This document shows positions 1 to 8,764 of a DNA stretch of 64,000 nucleotides, in pieces (the first letter of the stretch is position 1; the number at the start of each line of letters is the position of its first letter). The translations under genes and the position numbers were made by a program. The notes under the pieces are model-generated. The model had not been told where the DNA came from, searched no databases, and saw only the letters and a program-made list of their open reading frames with translations. The DNA lies in contig DBNX01000018.1 of NCBI GenBank assembly GCA_002299465.1, positions 11,987 through 75,986 on the forward strand, read 5' to 3'. The stretch comes from Patescibacteria group bacterium UBA661. Its GTDB lineage: Bacteria; Patescibacteriota; Minisyncoccia; Phycocordibacterales; UBA918.

Positions 1-5
1 TAGAG

Positions 6-230
6 GTGATTATTGAAGATCCTAAAGAAGTCGCACCAGCACCAAAAGAAGTCATACAACCCCGCACTAGACGCTCGACTAGTTCATTTATAAAACCAAC
101 AATCCCAATGCCACTAGTGGCTGGTGTTGCTACTAGTGCGATAATGACGGAAGCGGAGTACTTGGCAGAATTAGCAAGGTTATTGCGAGAATTACAGCGA
201 TTATTAGAGTTGTATAAAAAAGCATTATGA
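6..230 (+). CDS. 3' end of a gene that starts upstream of the window; its C-terminus ends in a Leu-rich amphipathic tail (…LARLLRELQRLLELYKKAL). The stop overlaps the start of the next gene (ATGA).
   Basis: The ORF is open to the window edge. The tail motif is reiterated as 18-codon mini-ORFs at the next two gene junctions. Confidence 0.4.
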   Translation: MIIEDPKEVAPAPKEVIQPRTRRSTSSFIKPTIPMPLVAGVATSAIMTEAEYLAELARLLRELQRLLELYKKAL

Positions 231-631
231 AAACCACTGGAATAACAATGATCGTTGTTTTGATTATATCTACAATCATTTTCTTCATTTCTCGGTATGC
301 GGTGTATTTAAATCTTTGTATCCCAGAGGATTACTCTTGCCGTTTGCGTTTCGATACAATCGAAAACCTTTTTCTGTTTGGACCAATTCTGCTAGTTGTT
401 TTGATTCCTATATTTCTTCTCCCCACCCACTACTTCACCGCCTTCTTCCAGTTTGCCCGGTTTGGTCTACCCCTCACCATCGCCGCACTTTTCTACATCA
501 ATCTCACCTACGACAGCGGACTCTTTGGCTTTGGTGCTGGATTAGACCTGCTCCTAATTGGGTTGTGTTATTCACTTTTCATCCTCGGTTCACTCAGCGC
601 TCTTGGCTGGGCGTGGTGGCGGGGCAGGTAA
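227..631 (+). CDS. small 4-TM membrane protein, paralogue 1 of a tandem array (134 aa)
   Basis: Hydrophobic helices are present. The C-terminal half is ~96% identical at nucleotide level to copy 3 (421-631 vs 1313-1526). ATGA start/stop coupling with the upstream ORF. Confidence 0.6.
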   Translation: MKTTGITMIVVLIISTIIFFISRYAVYLNLCIPEDYSCRLRFDTIENLFLFGPILLVVLIPIFLLPTHYFTAFFQFARFGLPLTIAALFYINLTYDSGLFGFGAGLDLLLIGLCYSLFILGSLSALGWAWWRGR

Positions 632-683
632 TGAATTTTTGTCTTGAGCTGATAAGATTATTAGAGCTGTCTAAAAAAGTGCT

Positions 684-1076
684 ATGAAAAATATTACTTT
701 AGGGTTGGTTGTTGGTATGAGTATGGTGTGGGCGGTGATTTACTTTTCAAGAGATCTCCGAGATTTTTTACGCCCTTTGCTTGGGGGTGAAGGAATTAGT
801 TTGTTGGTAGAAATATCGTTGTTGTTTGTGATTTTCTTGCCAATATTCATAGTAATCGTTTTTCTACCTTCGTATTACTTTAGATATTGGTTTCGATTTG
901 CTCTCATTGGCTTACCGCTCACGCTTGGCGCTATTATTTACCTTAATATCATACATACACCAGGACTTTTTGGTTGGAACTCCATTTTTTACCCACTATT
1001 TTATTTAATTTTTGTCTCTTTTTTCATCCTCGGTTCACTCAGCGCTCTGGGCTGGGCGTGGTGGCGGGGCAGGTAA
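684..1076 (+). CDS. small 4-TM membrane protein, paralogue 2 (130 aa)
   Basis: Shares the C-terminal motif LGSLSALGWAWWRGR and the last ~60 nt with copies 1 and 3. Preceded by a coupled 18-aa mini-ORF (631-687). Confidence 0.6.
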   Translation: MKNITLGLVVGMSMVWAVIYFSRDLRDFLRPLLGGEGISLLVEISLLFVIFLPIFIVIVFLPSYYFRYWFRFALIGLPLTLGAIIYLNIIHTPGLFGWNSIFYPLFYLIFVSFFILGSLSALGWAWWRGR

Positions 1077-1112
1077 TGGGGTTTTTAGGATCGGGGCGAT
1101 TATTAGATTTGT

Positions 1113-1526
1113 ATGAAAATTATGTGGAATAAAAAGATAAATTTTATAGGTAGTTTGGCAATAACGTTTACATTGCTGGGTTATGGTATTTATTTGGATG
1201 TACTTGGTGGCTGTGAAAGACACATCGAGTGGTGTGTAGCGAGTTTAGATGTCACTCAGAGTATTTTTTATACAATTATTTTGTACACAATTTTTTCCTT
1301 CATCACATTTCTTCTCCCCACCCACTACTTCACCGCCTTCTTCCAGTTTGCCCGGTTTGGTCTACCCCTCACCATCGCCGCACTTTTCTACATCAATCTC
1401 ACCTACGACAGCGGACTCTTTGGCTTTGGTGCTGGATTAGACTTGCTCCTTATTGGGTTGTGTTACTCACTTTTCATCCTCGGTTCACTCCTTGCTCTGG
1501 GCTGGGCGTGGTGGCGGAATAGATAA
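1113..1526 (+). CDS. small 4-TM membrane protein, paralogue 3 (137 aa). By homology the start may be the second ATG at 1122.
   Basis: The C-terminal 70 aa are near-identical to paralogue 1. Preceded by a degenerate mini-ORF (1076-1132). Confidence 0.6.
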   Translation: MKIMWNKKINFIGSLAITFTLLGYGIYLDVLGGCERHIEWCVASLDVTQSIFYTIILYTIFSFITFLLPTHYFTAFFQFARFGLPLTIAALFYINLTYDSGLFGFGAGLDLLLIGLCYSLFILGSLLALGWAWWRNR

Positions 1527-1676
1527 CACTGGGTTGTTTTGTACAGAATGTTTGTCTCACTCACTTCTAATACTTCCTAAGACGAACCACTGACATCACA
1601 CCCCGGCATCTTTTCTACAGCCGTCATAAAGCATAAAATAGTGACTCTGTAAGAGAACAGAGTTCGCTACGTCAGT

Positions 1677-1925
1677 ATGTTTGTTATTACGGCTATGTTC
1701 GAAAAAGTTAAACAATTTATCAGCCTGCGCCCGCGCTTTAAGAAGACGGTGGGTTGGGTGTTGGTTGTTGTTGGGGGAATTGCTTTTGTTGTGCCGCTGG
1801 TGCCGGGCTTTCCGCTACTAATCATTGGTGCGCAGTTGGTGGGCCTGCAATTATTGTCAGAACGTTTAAACAAGACCCAGCCCGCTACTGTCACCGTGCC
1901 GGTTTTGGCAGAAAAAAGTGAGTAG
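1677..1925 (+). CDS. small hypothetical membrane protein (82 aa)
   Basis: ORF with a central hydrophobic helix (VGWVLVVVGGIAFVVPLVPGFPLLIIGA). Confidence 0.35.
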   Translation: MFVITAMFEKVKQFISLRPRFKKTVGWVLVVVGGIAFVVPLVPGFPLLIIGAQLVGLQLLSERLNKTQPATVTVPVLAEKSE

Positions 1926-2235
1926 AAATTAGGTGTGGCTGTTCCTGGTCAGTCCTAAAAGTCAGTCACTGAGTCAGTTTAACTTGGTTTGAATGGCAAA
2001 ACGCCGTCATCCAAAATAGGGAGCACGCCATTTTTGTTGACTTTTTTCAGATTTTTCGGTATCGTAGCCCCTGTTCCACCTCAAGTGAGTAGTGTCACTC
2101 ACAAAATTGAAAAGAAGCTGAGGAAAAGCATAAAAATAAGCTGGGAACCTCTGTTAAGGACGGCCGTTACCTTTCTTTGCAAGAGGTTCTCACTACGGGC
2201 GCGTAAGCGCTCGATTATACGTAGTTAAATAAAAT

Positions 2236-2577
2236 ATGTCACGATCACTCTATAAAGGACCATACGTAGACGAACGTCTACTCAAGAAGATCGCCGGAAA
2301 AAAACCCGGAGAGGGTGGTGCCATCAAAACCTGGGCACGCGCTAGTGTTATCTCACCGGAAATGGTTGGTTTCACTTTTGGTGTACACAATGGCAAAGAA
2401 CACGTCTCGGTATTAGTGGCGGAAGAAATGGTTGGACATCGTTTGGGAGAGTTTTCACCCACGAAGAAATTCCATCGTCACGGCGGTAAAATGCAGAAAG
2501 AACTCGAACAGAAGAAAAAAGATGCTGAAGTAGCGGCCGCTAAAGCAGCCAAGACGGCAGCGACTAATAAGAAATAG
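2236..2577 (+). CDS. rpsS: 30S ribosomal protein S19, with a Lys/Ala-rich C-terminal extension
   Basis: Protein reads [19 protein letters not shown]…[13 protein letters not shown], the canonical S19. Confidence 0.95.
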   Translation: MSRSLYKGPYVDERLLKKIAGKKPGEGGAIKTWARASVISPEMVGFTFGVHNGKEHVSVLVAEEMVGHRLGEFSPTKKFHRHGGKMQKELEQKKKDAEVAAAKAAKTAATNKK

Positions 2578-2595
2578 TCAATCACTGAAATCATT

Positions 2596-2919
2596 ATGAA
2601 AGCACTACTAAAAAATTATCGTCAATCACCGCGTAAAGTCCGGTTGGTGGCAGATGTGATTAGAGGTAAAAAAGTGATTGATGCCCTCAATCTTCTTAAG
2701 TTTGTTGATAAGCGAGCCGCGGGACCATTTGCCAAAGTGGTAGCTTCGGCCTTAGCCAACGCCGTACAGGCCGGTAAAGACCAAAGTCGACTCTTTGTGA
2801 AAAAGGTTGCGGTTGACAAGGGAACCATATTGAAACGTTCGATGCCTCGAGCCCGTGGTTCGGCCTCACGAATTAACAAGCGAAATAGCCACATCTCGGT
2901 TGAGCTTGGCGAAAAATAA
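2596..2919 (+). CDS. rplV: 50S ribosomal protein L22
   Basis: S19-L22-S3 order. Sequence MKALLKNYRQSPRKVRLVADVIRGKKV is typical L22. Confidence 0.95.
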   Translation: MKALLKNYRQSPRKVRLVADVIRGKKVIDALNLLKFVDKRAAGPFAKVVASALANAVQAGKDQSRLFVKKVAVDKGTILKRSMPRARGSASRINKRNSHISVELGEK

Positions 2920-2928
2920 TTATCACCT

Positions 2929-3669
2929 ATGACACACGTTGCACATCCATACGTACAGCGCCTAGGCGTAAATCGAGACTGGAAAAGTCGGTGGTTTACC
3001 ACTGACCCGGTTAAGTTTCGCGAATACCTACGCACTGATGCTGCTATTCGCAAATTCCTTGGAGTTAAGCTAAAGGGCATGTCAATCGACTCGATTGAAA
3101 TTGAACGTAGCCAAAAGGAGTTGCGTCTAATCATCAAGACGGCTCGACCAGGTTTGGTCATCGGTCGGAATGGTGAGGGCGCAGTAAAATTAAAAAAAGA
3201 AATTGATATGCTCCTGCGGACTTCCAAATTGTCCCAGAAGCCAGACGTTAAACTAGACATTGAGGAAGTACGCTCGCCAGAATCAAGCGCTCATATTATG
3301 GGTCAAATGATTGCTGAAGGACTTGAGAAACGCCTCACGTTTAGACGCGTGATGAAGCAAGCGATTGAAAAAATAATGGCTAACCGCGATGTGGAAGGAG
3401 TGCGTATTACGCTATCCGGCAGACTAGGCGGAGCTGATATGGCGCGGCGGGAGGAGCTCAAAAAAGGTCGTATCCCACTACAGACATTGCGAGCAGACAT
3501 TGATTTTGCTCGCGTCACAGCGCGCTTGCCTTATGGGGCTATCGGTATCAAGGTTTGGATTTACCGCGGACAAGTTTTTGCTGACCGCAAGAGTGGCCAA
3601 GCCGAAACCGCGCCACGCACTACCACTCGCACTACTCGCACTACTCGCAATACTCGTACTAATGCCTAA
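2929..3669 (+). CDS. rpsC: 30S ribosomal protein S3, with a Thr/Arg-rich C-terminal tail
   Basis: KH/S3 C-domain motifs (GIKVWIYRG). Position in the operon. Confidence 0.95.
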   Translation: MTHVAHPYVQRLGVNRDWKSRWFTTDPVKFREYLRTDAAIRKFLGVKLKGMSIDSIEIERSQKELRLIIKTARPGLVIGRNGEGAVKLKKEIDMLLRTSKLSQKPDVKLDIEEVRSPESSAHIMGQMIAEGLEKRLTFRRVMKQAIEKIMANRDVEGVRITLSGRLGGADMARREELKKGRIPLQTLRADIDFARVTARLPYGAIGIKVWIYRGQVFADRKSGQAETAPRTTTRTTRTTRNTRTNA

Positions 3670-3677
3670 TCATTCAT

Positions 3678-4112
3678 ATGTTATTTCCTAAGAAAGTTAA
3701 GCACCGCAAATGGCAAGTCGGTCGCAAGAGTGAAGCGAAACGAGCGTTACCAGAGACGCGAGGGATTACAGTGGCTTTTGGTTCCTACGGACTTAAAGCA
3801 ACTTCACCGTCAAGAGTTAAGAGCAATCAGATTGAAGCCGCCCGCCGAGTTATCTCTCGTACTTTAGGCAAGACTGGAAAAATCTGGATTCGTATTTTCC
3901 CAGACAAACCAATTACCAAAAAAGCAGCTGAATTGCCGATGGGTAAGGGTAAGGGAGACCCAGATCACTTCGTCTTTGAGGTAAAGCCGGGGCGAGTCAT
4001 CTTTGAGATTGAAGGGGTGAGTGAGGATATTGCCCGCGAAGCATTTCGTAAGGCAACAGCCAAACTACCATTACAAGGTAAGCTCGTGCGTCGTGAAGAC
4101 ACACGTGCCTAA
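3678..4112 (+). CDS. rplP: 50S ribosomal protein L16
   Basis: [16 protein letters not shown]…[11 protein letters not shown] is canonical L16. Confidence 0.95.
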   Translation: MLFPKKVKHRKWQVGRKSEAKRALPETRGITVAFGSYGLKATSPSRVKSNQIEAARRVISRTLGKTGKIWIRIFPDKPITKKAAELPMGKGKGDPDHFVFEVKPGRVIFEIEGVSEDIAREAFRKATAKLPLQGKLVRREDTRA

Positions 4113-4124
4113 GCAAATATCATT

Positions 4125-4325
4125 ATGATCAATATGTCAGACATTCGCAAGAAAACAGACACCGAGCTCGTAGAGTTTGCGCAAAAGGCACGCGAGACTC
4201 TCCGCGGGGAACGGTTTAAGGATAAATTTAGCCGTAAGGCAAATGTGATTACTACTGCAAAAAAGGAAATTGCTCGCACTCTCACGGAGCTTAATACCCG
4301 CTGTCGTAACGCAAAGACTAAATAA
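4125..4325 (+). CDS. rpmC: 50S ribosomal protein L29
   Basis: Small basic protein between L16 and S17 with an L29-like sequence. Confidence 0.85.
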   Translation: MINMSDIRKKTDTELVEFAQKARETLRGERFKDKFSRKANVITTAKKEIARTLTELNTRCRNAKTK

Positions 4326-4330
4326 TTGGT

Positions 4331-4591
4331 ATGACAACAGAACAAACAATCGTCGCCAATCGACGCGTCCTCCGCGGTACAGTAGTATCAACGAAAATGA
4401 AGGATACTATCACGGTCGCTGTCGAACGCTACGTAAAGCACCCAAAGTACAAAAAGTATCTGAGACGAACAAAAAAATATCTGGTTCATGACGCTGGCAA
4501 CACTGCCAAAGAAGGTCAACAGGTCGACATTAGAGAAACCCGCCCACTCTCAAAACGCAAACATTTTGAGCTCGTGGCTAACACCAAGTAA
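4331..4591 (+). CDS. rpsQ: 30S ribosomal protein S17
   Basis: RRVLRGTVVSTKMKDTITVAVERYVKHPKYKK matches the S17 signature. Confidence 0.9.
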   Translation: MTTEQTIVANRRVLRGTVVSTKMKDTITVAVERYVKHPKYKKYLRRTKKYLVHDAGNTAKEGQQVDIRETRPLSKRKHFELVANTK

Positions 4592-4593
4592 GT

Positions 4594-4965
4594 ATGATTC
4601 AACCACAGTCAATCGTAAAAATTACCGATAATTCAGGCGCTAAGATTGGGCGCGTCTTTAAAGTTCTTGGTGGTTCTAAAAAGCGTTATGCTGAGCTTGG
4701 TGAGATGGTGGTACTTTCGGTACAAACTGCCGAACCAAGAAAAATGGTGAAGAAAAAAGATGTGGTGTACGGTGTGGTGGTGCGACAACGCAAACCTTTT
4801 CGCCGCCAGGATGGTTCGTACGTTAGTTTTGATGACAACGCAGTAGTGTTGATTGACAAAGCTAAGCGCGAGCCGCGAGCGAACCGTGTCTTTGGACCGA
4901 TTCCACGGGAGATTGCTGAGTCTGGTTATCAGAAAATCGTATCACTAGCACCAGAGGTGGTGTAA
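4594..4965 (+). CDS. rplN: 50S ribosomal protein L14
   Basis: MIQPQSIVKITDNSGAK is canonical L14. Confidence 0.95.
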   Translation: MIQPQSIVKITDNSGAKIGRVFKVLGGSKKRYAELGEMVVLSVQTAEPRKMVKKKDVVYGVVVRQRKPFRRQDGSYVSFDDNAVVLIDKAKREPRANRVFGPIPREIAESGYQKIVSLAPEVV

Positions 4966-4992
4966 GTATTTCGCTAAATTAAATTAGTTTGT

Positions 4993-5304
4993 ATGAAAAT
5001 TAGAAAAGGTGATACGGTCCAGGTAATGGCTGGCAAAGACAAGAAAAAAGTTGGCACAGTGTTAAGCACTATGCCGAAACTTGGTCTTGTGGTCGTGGCG
5101 GGTGTTAACGTGGTTAAGCGACACAAGAGGAGTCGTCGCACTCGTTCGCAAGGACAAATTATTGAAAAAAGTATGCCTATACAAGTATCAAATGTTTCGC
5201 TTAAGGAAGGAGACAAACCGGTACGGGTCGGGTATATCTTTGAGGGTGAGGGAGAGAAGCGTAAAAAGGTACGCGTCGCTCGCCCGAGTGGTAAGAAAAT
5301 CTAA
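4993..5304 (+). CDS. rplX: 50S ribosomal protein L24
   Basis: MKIRKGDTVQVMAGKDKKKVGTVL carries the KOW motif. Confidence 0.9.
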   Translation: MKIRKGDTVQVMAGKDKKKVGTVLSTMPKLGLVVVAGVNVVKRHKRSRRTRSQGQIIEKSMPIQVSNVSLKEGDKPVRVGYIFEGEGEKRKKVRVARPSGKKI

Positions 5305-5306
5305 AT

Positions 5307-5840
5307 ATGGAAACAACAAACACTCGCTTAAAGAATGCTTACACTGCTCTCAAGGGAGAGTTCGGTTATAAAAATGTGATGCAAGCCCCCAAGATTGAGA
5401 AAGTGGTGGTTTCGGTTGGTACGGGTCGGGTTCAGGATAAGGCGAAAATCGCACTTATTCAGGATCGTCTGGCGCGAATTACCGGCCAAAAAGCCGCCCC
5501 TCGTCCAGCCAAACAATCAATTGCTTCTTTCAAATTGCGTGAGGGTGACATCATTGGCTACCAGGCAACCTTGCGTGGAAAGCGAATGATTCACTTCCTC
5601 GATAGATTGATTCACTTAGCTTTGCCGCGGACTCGTGACTTCCACGGACTCAAAGTTAGCGCTATTGATGAAATGGGTAATTACACGATTGGCATAAAGG
5701 AAAATACTATTTTTCCAGAGTGCGGCGATGAAGAAATCAAAGACGTTTTTTCGATGGCGGTTACTATTGTGACAACTACTCGTGACAAAAAAGCAGCCGA
5801 AGCTTTGTTGCGACATCTCGGCCTACCGCTGAAGCGTTAG
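5307..5840 (+). CDS. rplE: 50S ribosomal protein L5
   Basis: Position after L24. The sequence is L5-like. Confidence 0.95.
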   Translation: METTNTRLKNAYTALKGEFGYKNVMQAPKIEKVVVSVGTGRVQDKAKIALIQDRLARITGQKAAPRPAKQSIASFKLREGDIIGYQATLRGKRMIHFLDRLIHLALPRTRDFHGLKVSAIDEMGNYTIGIKENTIFPECGDEEIKDVFSMAVTIVTTTRDKKAAEALLRHLGLPLKR

Positions 5841-5884
5841 TTGGTTTTGGTGGAGGAATAAGAGGAGAGCTGTTTAAGCAAAAA

Positions 5885-5919
5885 AGCACCGCGCCCCAAA
5901 GGGGCGCGGTGCTTTTTTG
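5885..5919 (+). terminator. rho-independent terminator after rplE
   Basis: 13-bp GC-rich stem AGCACCGCGCCCC / GGGGCGCGGTGCT with loop AAA, followed by TTTTTT. It lies inside the r-protein cluster. Confidence 0.6.
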
Positions 5920-5966
5920 CTTAATTCGGGGGTATGCAATTTAGGTGGGGAGGGATTAAGTTAAGC

Positions 5967-5994
5967 TTGACACTAGGCACTTTTCTGATAATGT
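5967..5994 (+). promoter_or_regulatory. sigma70-like promoter for the downstream rpsZ…secY transcript
   Basis: TTGACA followed by ~15-16 nt and (G)ATAATG. It is followed by a ~120-nt leader before rpsZ. Confidence 0.4.
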
Positions 5995-6116
5995 TGCGAT
6001 ATGGCTAAGTGGGAGCAATTCTCCGAATTTCCCACTGCCGGTAGCGTTTCGCTATATTAATCGGGAGCAAGTTACGAATTACTACGTAATACTGTTCCAT
6101 AATCAAAATAATTCTC

Positions 6117-6302
6117 GTGGCACGAACATCAATCAAGGTGCGCGCAACGCGCCCACCGAAGTACGCTTGCCGTATCGTTCGACGTTGCAAGCTTTGTGGC
6201 CGCAAGCGAGGTTATATGCGCGATTTTGATATCTGTCGCATTTGCTTCCGCGAGTTGTCACACGAAGGACACATACCAGGCGTTAAGAAATCATCATGGT
6301 AG
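6117..6302 (+). CDS. rpsZ: 30S ribosomal protein S14, type Z (zinc-binding, 61 aa)
   Basis: CxxC…CxxC in [46 protein letters not shown]. Confidence 0.9.
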   Translation: MARTSIKVRATRPPKYACRIVRRCKLCGRKRGYMRDFDICRICFRELSHEGHIPGVKKSSW

Positions 6303-6688
6303 GAGACACAATTGGCGATTTCATTATTCGCCTTAAAAATGCTGGAGCAGTGGGTAAGTCAGAAGTACTGATACCCTATTCAAAACTTAAGCACGCGGTC
6401 GCGGACAAACTAGTCGCCGCTGGTTATATTGAAAATGCTCGGCAAGAAGGTAAAAAAGTACAGAAGAATTTGGTGGTGATTTTGAAGTATGAGAATGGGG
6501 CACCAGTCATCAATGGTGTAAAGCGTATCTCAAAACCAGGTCGTCGCCTCTACACAAAGGTCGCAGATATTCACAAAGTTAAATTCGGTCAAGGGCATAT
6601 GATCCTCTCGACACCAGCGGGCATCCTCACCAACGAGGAAGCTAAAGCAAAAAATGTCGGTGGAGAACAGCTTTTTATCATTTGGTAA
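6296..6688 (+). CDS. rpsH: 30S ribosomal protein S8
   Basis: S8-like sequence, overlapping the rpsZ stop. Confidence 0.95.
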   Translation: MVGDTIGDFIIRLKNAGAVGKSEVLIPYSKLKHAVADKLVAAGYIENARQEGKKVQKNLVVILKYENGAPVINGVKRISKPGRRLYTKVADIHKVKFGQGHMILSTPAGILTNEEAKAKNVGGEQLFIIW

Positions 6689-7224
6689 TTATGAGTCGTC
6701 TAGGAAAACAACCAGTTACAATTCCCGCCGGCGTTACAGTAACGTGCGCTGATGGAATTTTAACTGTGACCGGTCCCAAAGGGACACTTACTCGTCCGGT
6801 GCGAACCAAAGATGTGGCTATTGAAGTCGCTGGTGAAACAGTGACAATCGTGCCAGGCAAAACTACTCTAGCACCAGCTTTATGGGGTACTTACGCTGCG
6901 CACTTGCGTAATATGATTAAGGGAGTGACAGTCGGTTTTGAGAAAATACTCGACATTGAAGGAGTCGGTTATCGCGCGGAGATTAAGGGAAACCAAATTG
7001 TTCTTAACGTTGGTTTTTCACACCCAATTGCTCTCGATATTCCCGACGGCGTAACGGCCGTAGTCGAGAAGACCGTTGTTACTCTAAAGAGCGCTGATAA
7101 AGACGTTCTGGGTCAGTTCGCGGCTAACGTACGCAAAGTAAAAGAACCAGAACCCTACAAAGGCAAAGGTATTCGTTACCGCGGTGAGTTCATTATTCGT
7201 AAGCAGGGCAAGAAGGCAGCTTAA
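6682..7224 (+). CDS. rplF: 50S ribosomal protein L6
   Basis: MSRLGKQPVTIPAGVTV is canonical L6. Confidence 0.95.
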   Translation: MVIMSRLGKQPVTIPAGVTVTCADGILTVTGPKGTLTRPVRTKDVAIEVAGETVTIVPGKTTLAPALWGTYAAHLRNMIKGVTVGFEKILDIEGVGYRAEIKGNQIVLNVGFSHPIALDIPDGVTAVVEKTVVTLKSADKDVLGQFAANVRKVKEPEPYKGKGIRYRGEFIIRKQGKKAA

Positions 7225-7246
7225 GGCGCTTCGGTAATAAACTACT

Positions 7247-7594
7247 ATGAACACAGCACACAAAAAATTAAAAAGAGTGACTCGTCATAAGCGGATTCGA
7301 GCCAAGATTGTCGGTACCGCCACTAGGCCAAGACTGGCAGTATTTCGTAGCAATCGTTACGTTTATGCTCAGATTATTGACGATAACGCCAAACACACCT
7401 TGGCAGCCGCTGACTCACGGACTGTCGCCGGAAAAACCTTAACCGAAAAAGCCACTGCTGTGGGGACGGAGATTGCCAGTAAAGCAATCAAGGTAGGAGT
7501 TAAAGAGGTGGTATTTGATCGTGGCGGCTTTCGCTACCAAGGAGCGGTGGCGGCTTTAGCAGAAGCGGCTCGCACCGGCGGTCTTGAGTTTTAG
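7247..7594 (+). CDS. rplR: 50S ribosomal protein L18
   Basis: [20 protein letters not shown] matches the L18 signature. Confidence 0.9.
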   Translation: MNTAHKKLKRVTRHKRIRAKIVGTATRPRLAVFRSNRYVYAQIIDDNAKHTLAAADSRTVAGKTLTEKATAVGTEIASKAIKVGVKEVVFDRGGFRYQGAVAALAEAARTGGLEF

Positions 7595-7652
7595 AGAATT
7601 ATTAAAAAACAGTTAGATAGCGTTTTTATTGCGTTATCATAATAAAAAAACA

Positions 7653-8294
7653 ATGTCAGAAAAAAAACAGCAGGCAGCTATAACTGACCTAGGGTCAGAA
7701 AATGAAGTGGTGGCAACACCAACTTCAACCGATGCACCGGCTGTTCCCGTTACTGAAGGTGAGGTCGAAGCGACCACACCGCGCGGTCGGCGTGGAGCAG
7801 ATGGCGATCGTCGTAAAGAACGCCGACCCCGTCGCGGTGGTCGTCCCGAACGCGTTCGTCCGGAGTTTGATCAAAAAATAATCAGTATCCGACGAGTGAC
7901 GCGTGTGATGGCAGGGGGACGACGCTTTAGCTTTTCGGTGGCGATCGTTATCGGGGATCGGCGAGGTAAGGTGGGGGTTGGTATTGGTAAGGCTGGAGAC
8001 ACGCAACTGGCGATTGAGAAGGCAGTTCGTAACGCTAAAAAGCATATGATTACAGTGCCACTCAACAAAGACGGGCATATCAAGAACGATGTACACATCA
8101 AATATTCTGCCAGTGAAGTGATGATTATGCCGGCGCCCGGTCGTGGGGTGGTGGCTGGTTCTTCAGTTCGAACCGTCCTTGAACACGCTGGAGTTAAAGA
8201 TGTAACAGCTAAAATCTTTTCTCGAAGTAAGAACAAGCTTAACAATGCACGGGCTGCTGTCGAAGCCCTCAAGCTGCTAAAAAATCATAAATAA
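7653..8294 (+). CDS. rpsE: 30S ribosomal protein S5 with a ~90-aa low-complexity N-terminal extension. The ORF is open from 7629.
   Basis: S5 core GRRFSFSVAIVIGDRRGKVGVGIGKA. The N-terminal region is Glu/Arg/Thr-rich. Confidence 0.9.
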   Translation: MSEKKQQAAITDLGSENEVVATPTSTDAPAVPVTEGEVEATTPRGRRGADGDRRKERRPRRGGRPERVRPEFDQKIISIRRVTRVMAGGRRFSFSVAIVIGDRRGKVGVGIGKAGDTQLAIEKAVRNAKKHMITVPLNKDGHIKNDVHIKYSASEVMIMPAPGRGVVAGSSVRTVLEHAGVKDVTAKIFSRSKNKLNNARAAVEALKLLKNHK

Positions 8295-8295
8295 T

Positions 8296-8748
8296 ATGCA
8301 GTTACATGAATTAAAACCAACCGCCCCACGTCCAGCAGCTAAGCGGATTGGTCGCGGTGGTAAGCGCGGAAAGACCTCGGGTCGCGGTGGTAAGGGTCAA
8401 ACCGCCCGAACTGGTAATAGTACAAGACCAGAAATGCGTGACTTTATCAAAAAATTACCGAAGCTTCGTGGTCACGGTGTGAATCGAGCGCAGACAGTAA
8501 ACTCGGAAAGAGTTAGACCAGTGGTGGTAAATCTAGCCAAGCTGGAAGAAGTTTTTAAAGCGGGTGATACTGTGTCGCCAAAGACGCTAGTCTTGGCAGG
8601 AGTGGTGGCAACCGTAGCTAAAAGAGCGCCTAAAGTAAAGATTTTGGCCAACGGAGAAATTACCAAGAAATTAAGTATTGAGGGCTGTGAGGTGTCAATG
8701 TCGGCTCGAGTCAAACTAGAGAAGGCTGGCGGAACGATTGCCAAGTAA
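8296..8748 (+). CDS. rplO: 50S ribosomal protein L15
   Basis: MQLHELKPTAPRPAAKRIGRGGKRGKTSGRG is canonical L15. Confidence 0.9.
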   Translation: MQLHELKPTAPRPAAKRIGRGGKRGKTSGRGGKGQTARTGNSTRPEMRDFIKKLPKLRGHGVNRAQTVNSERVRPVVVNLAKLEEVFKAGDTVSPKTLVLAGVVATVAKRAPKVKILANGEITKKLSIEGCEVSMSARVKLEKAGGTIAK

Positions 8749-8764
8749 GGTACTATAAGTACAT

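Noticed and set aside
316-687. 123-aa ORF overlapping paralogue 1 in another frame (and similarly 1229-1522)
   Set aside because: Proline/His-rich alternative-frame translation of the membrane-protein genes. Only its last 18 codons (mini-ORF 631-687) appear meaningful.
2622-3260. 212-aa ORF on the minus strand
   Set aside because: Antisense to rplV/rpsC, which are unambiguous. Shadow ORF.
7725-8272. Minus-strand ORFs inside rpsE. Similar cases at 19925-20539 in xfp, 25085-25474 in ftsH, 30925-31640 in recG, 36061-36611 in zupT and 45403-45951 in tmk.
   Set aside because: Shadow ORFs within confidently assigned genes.
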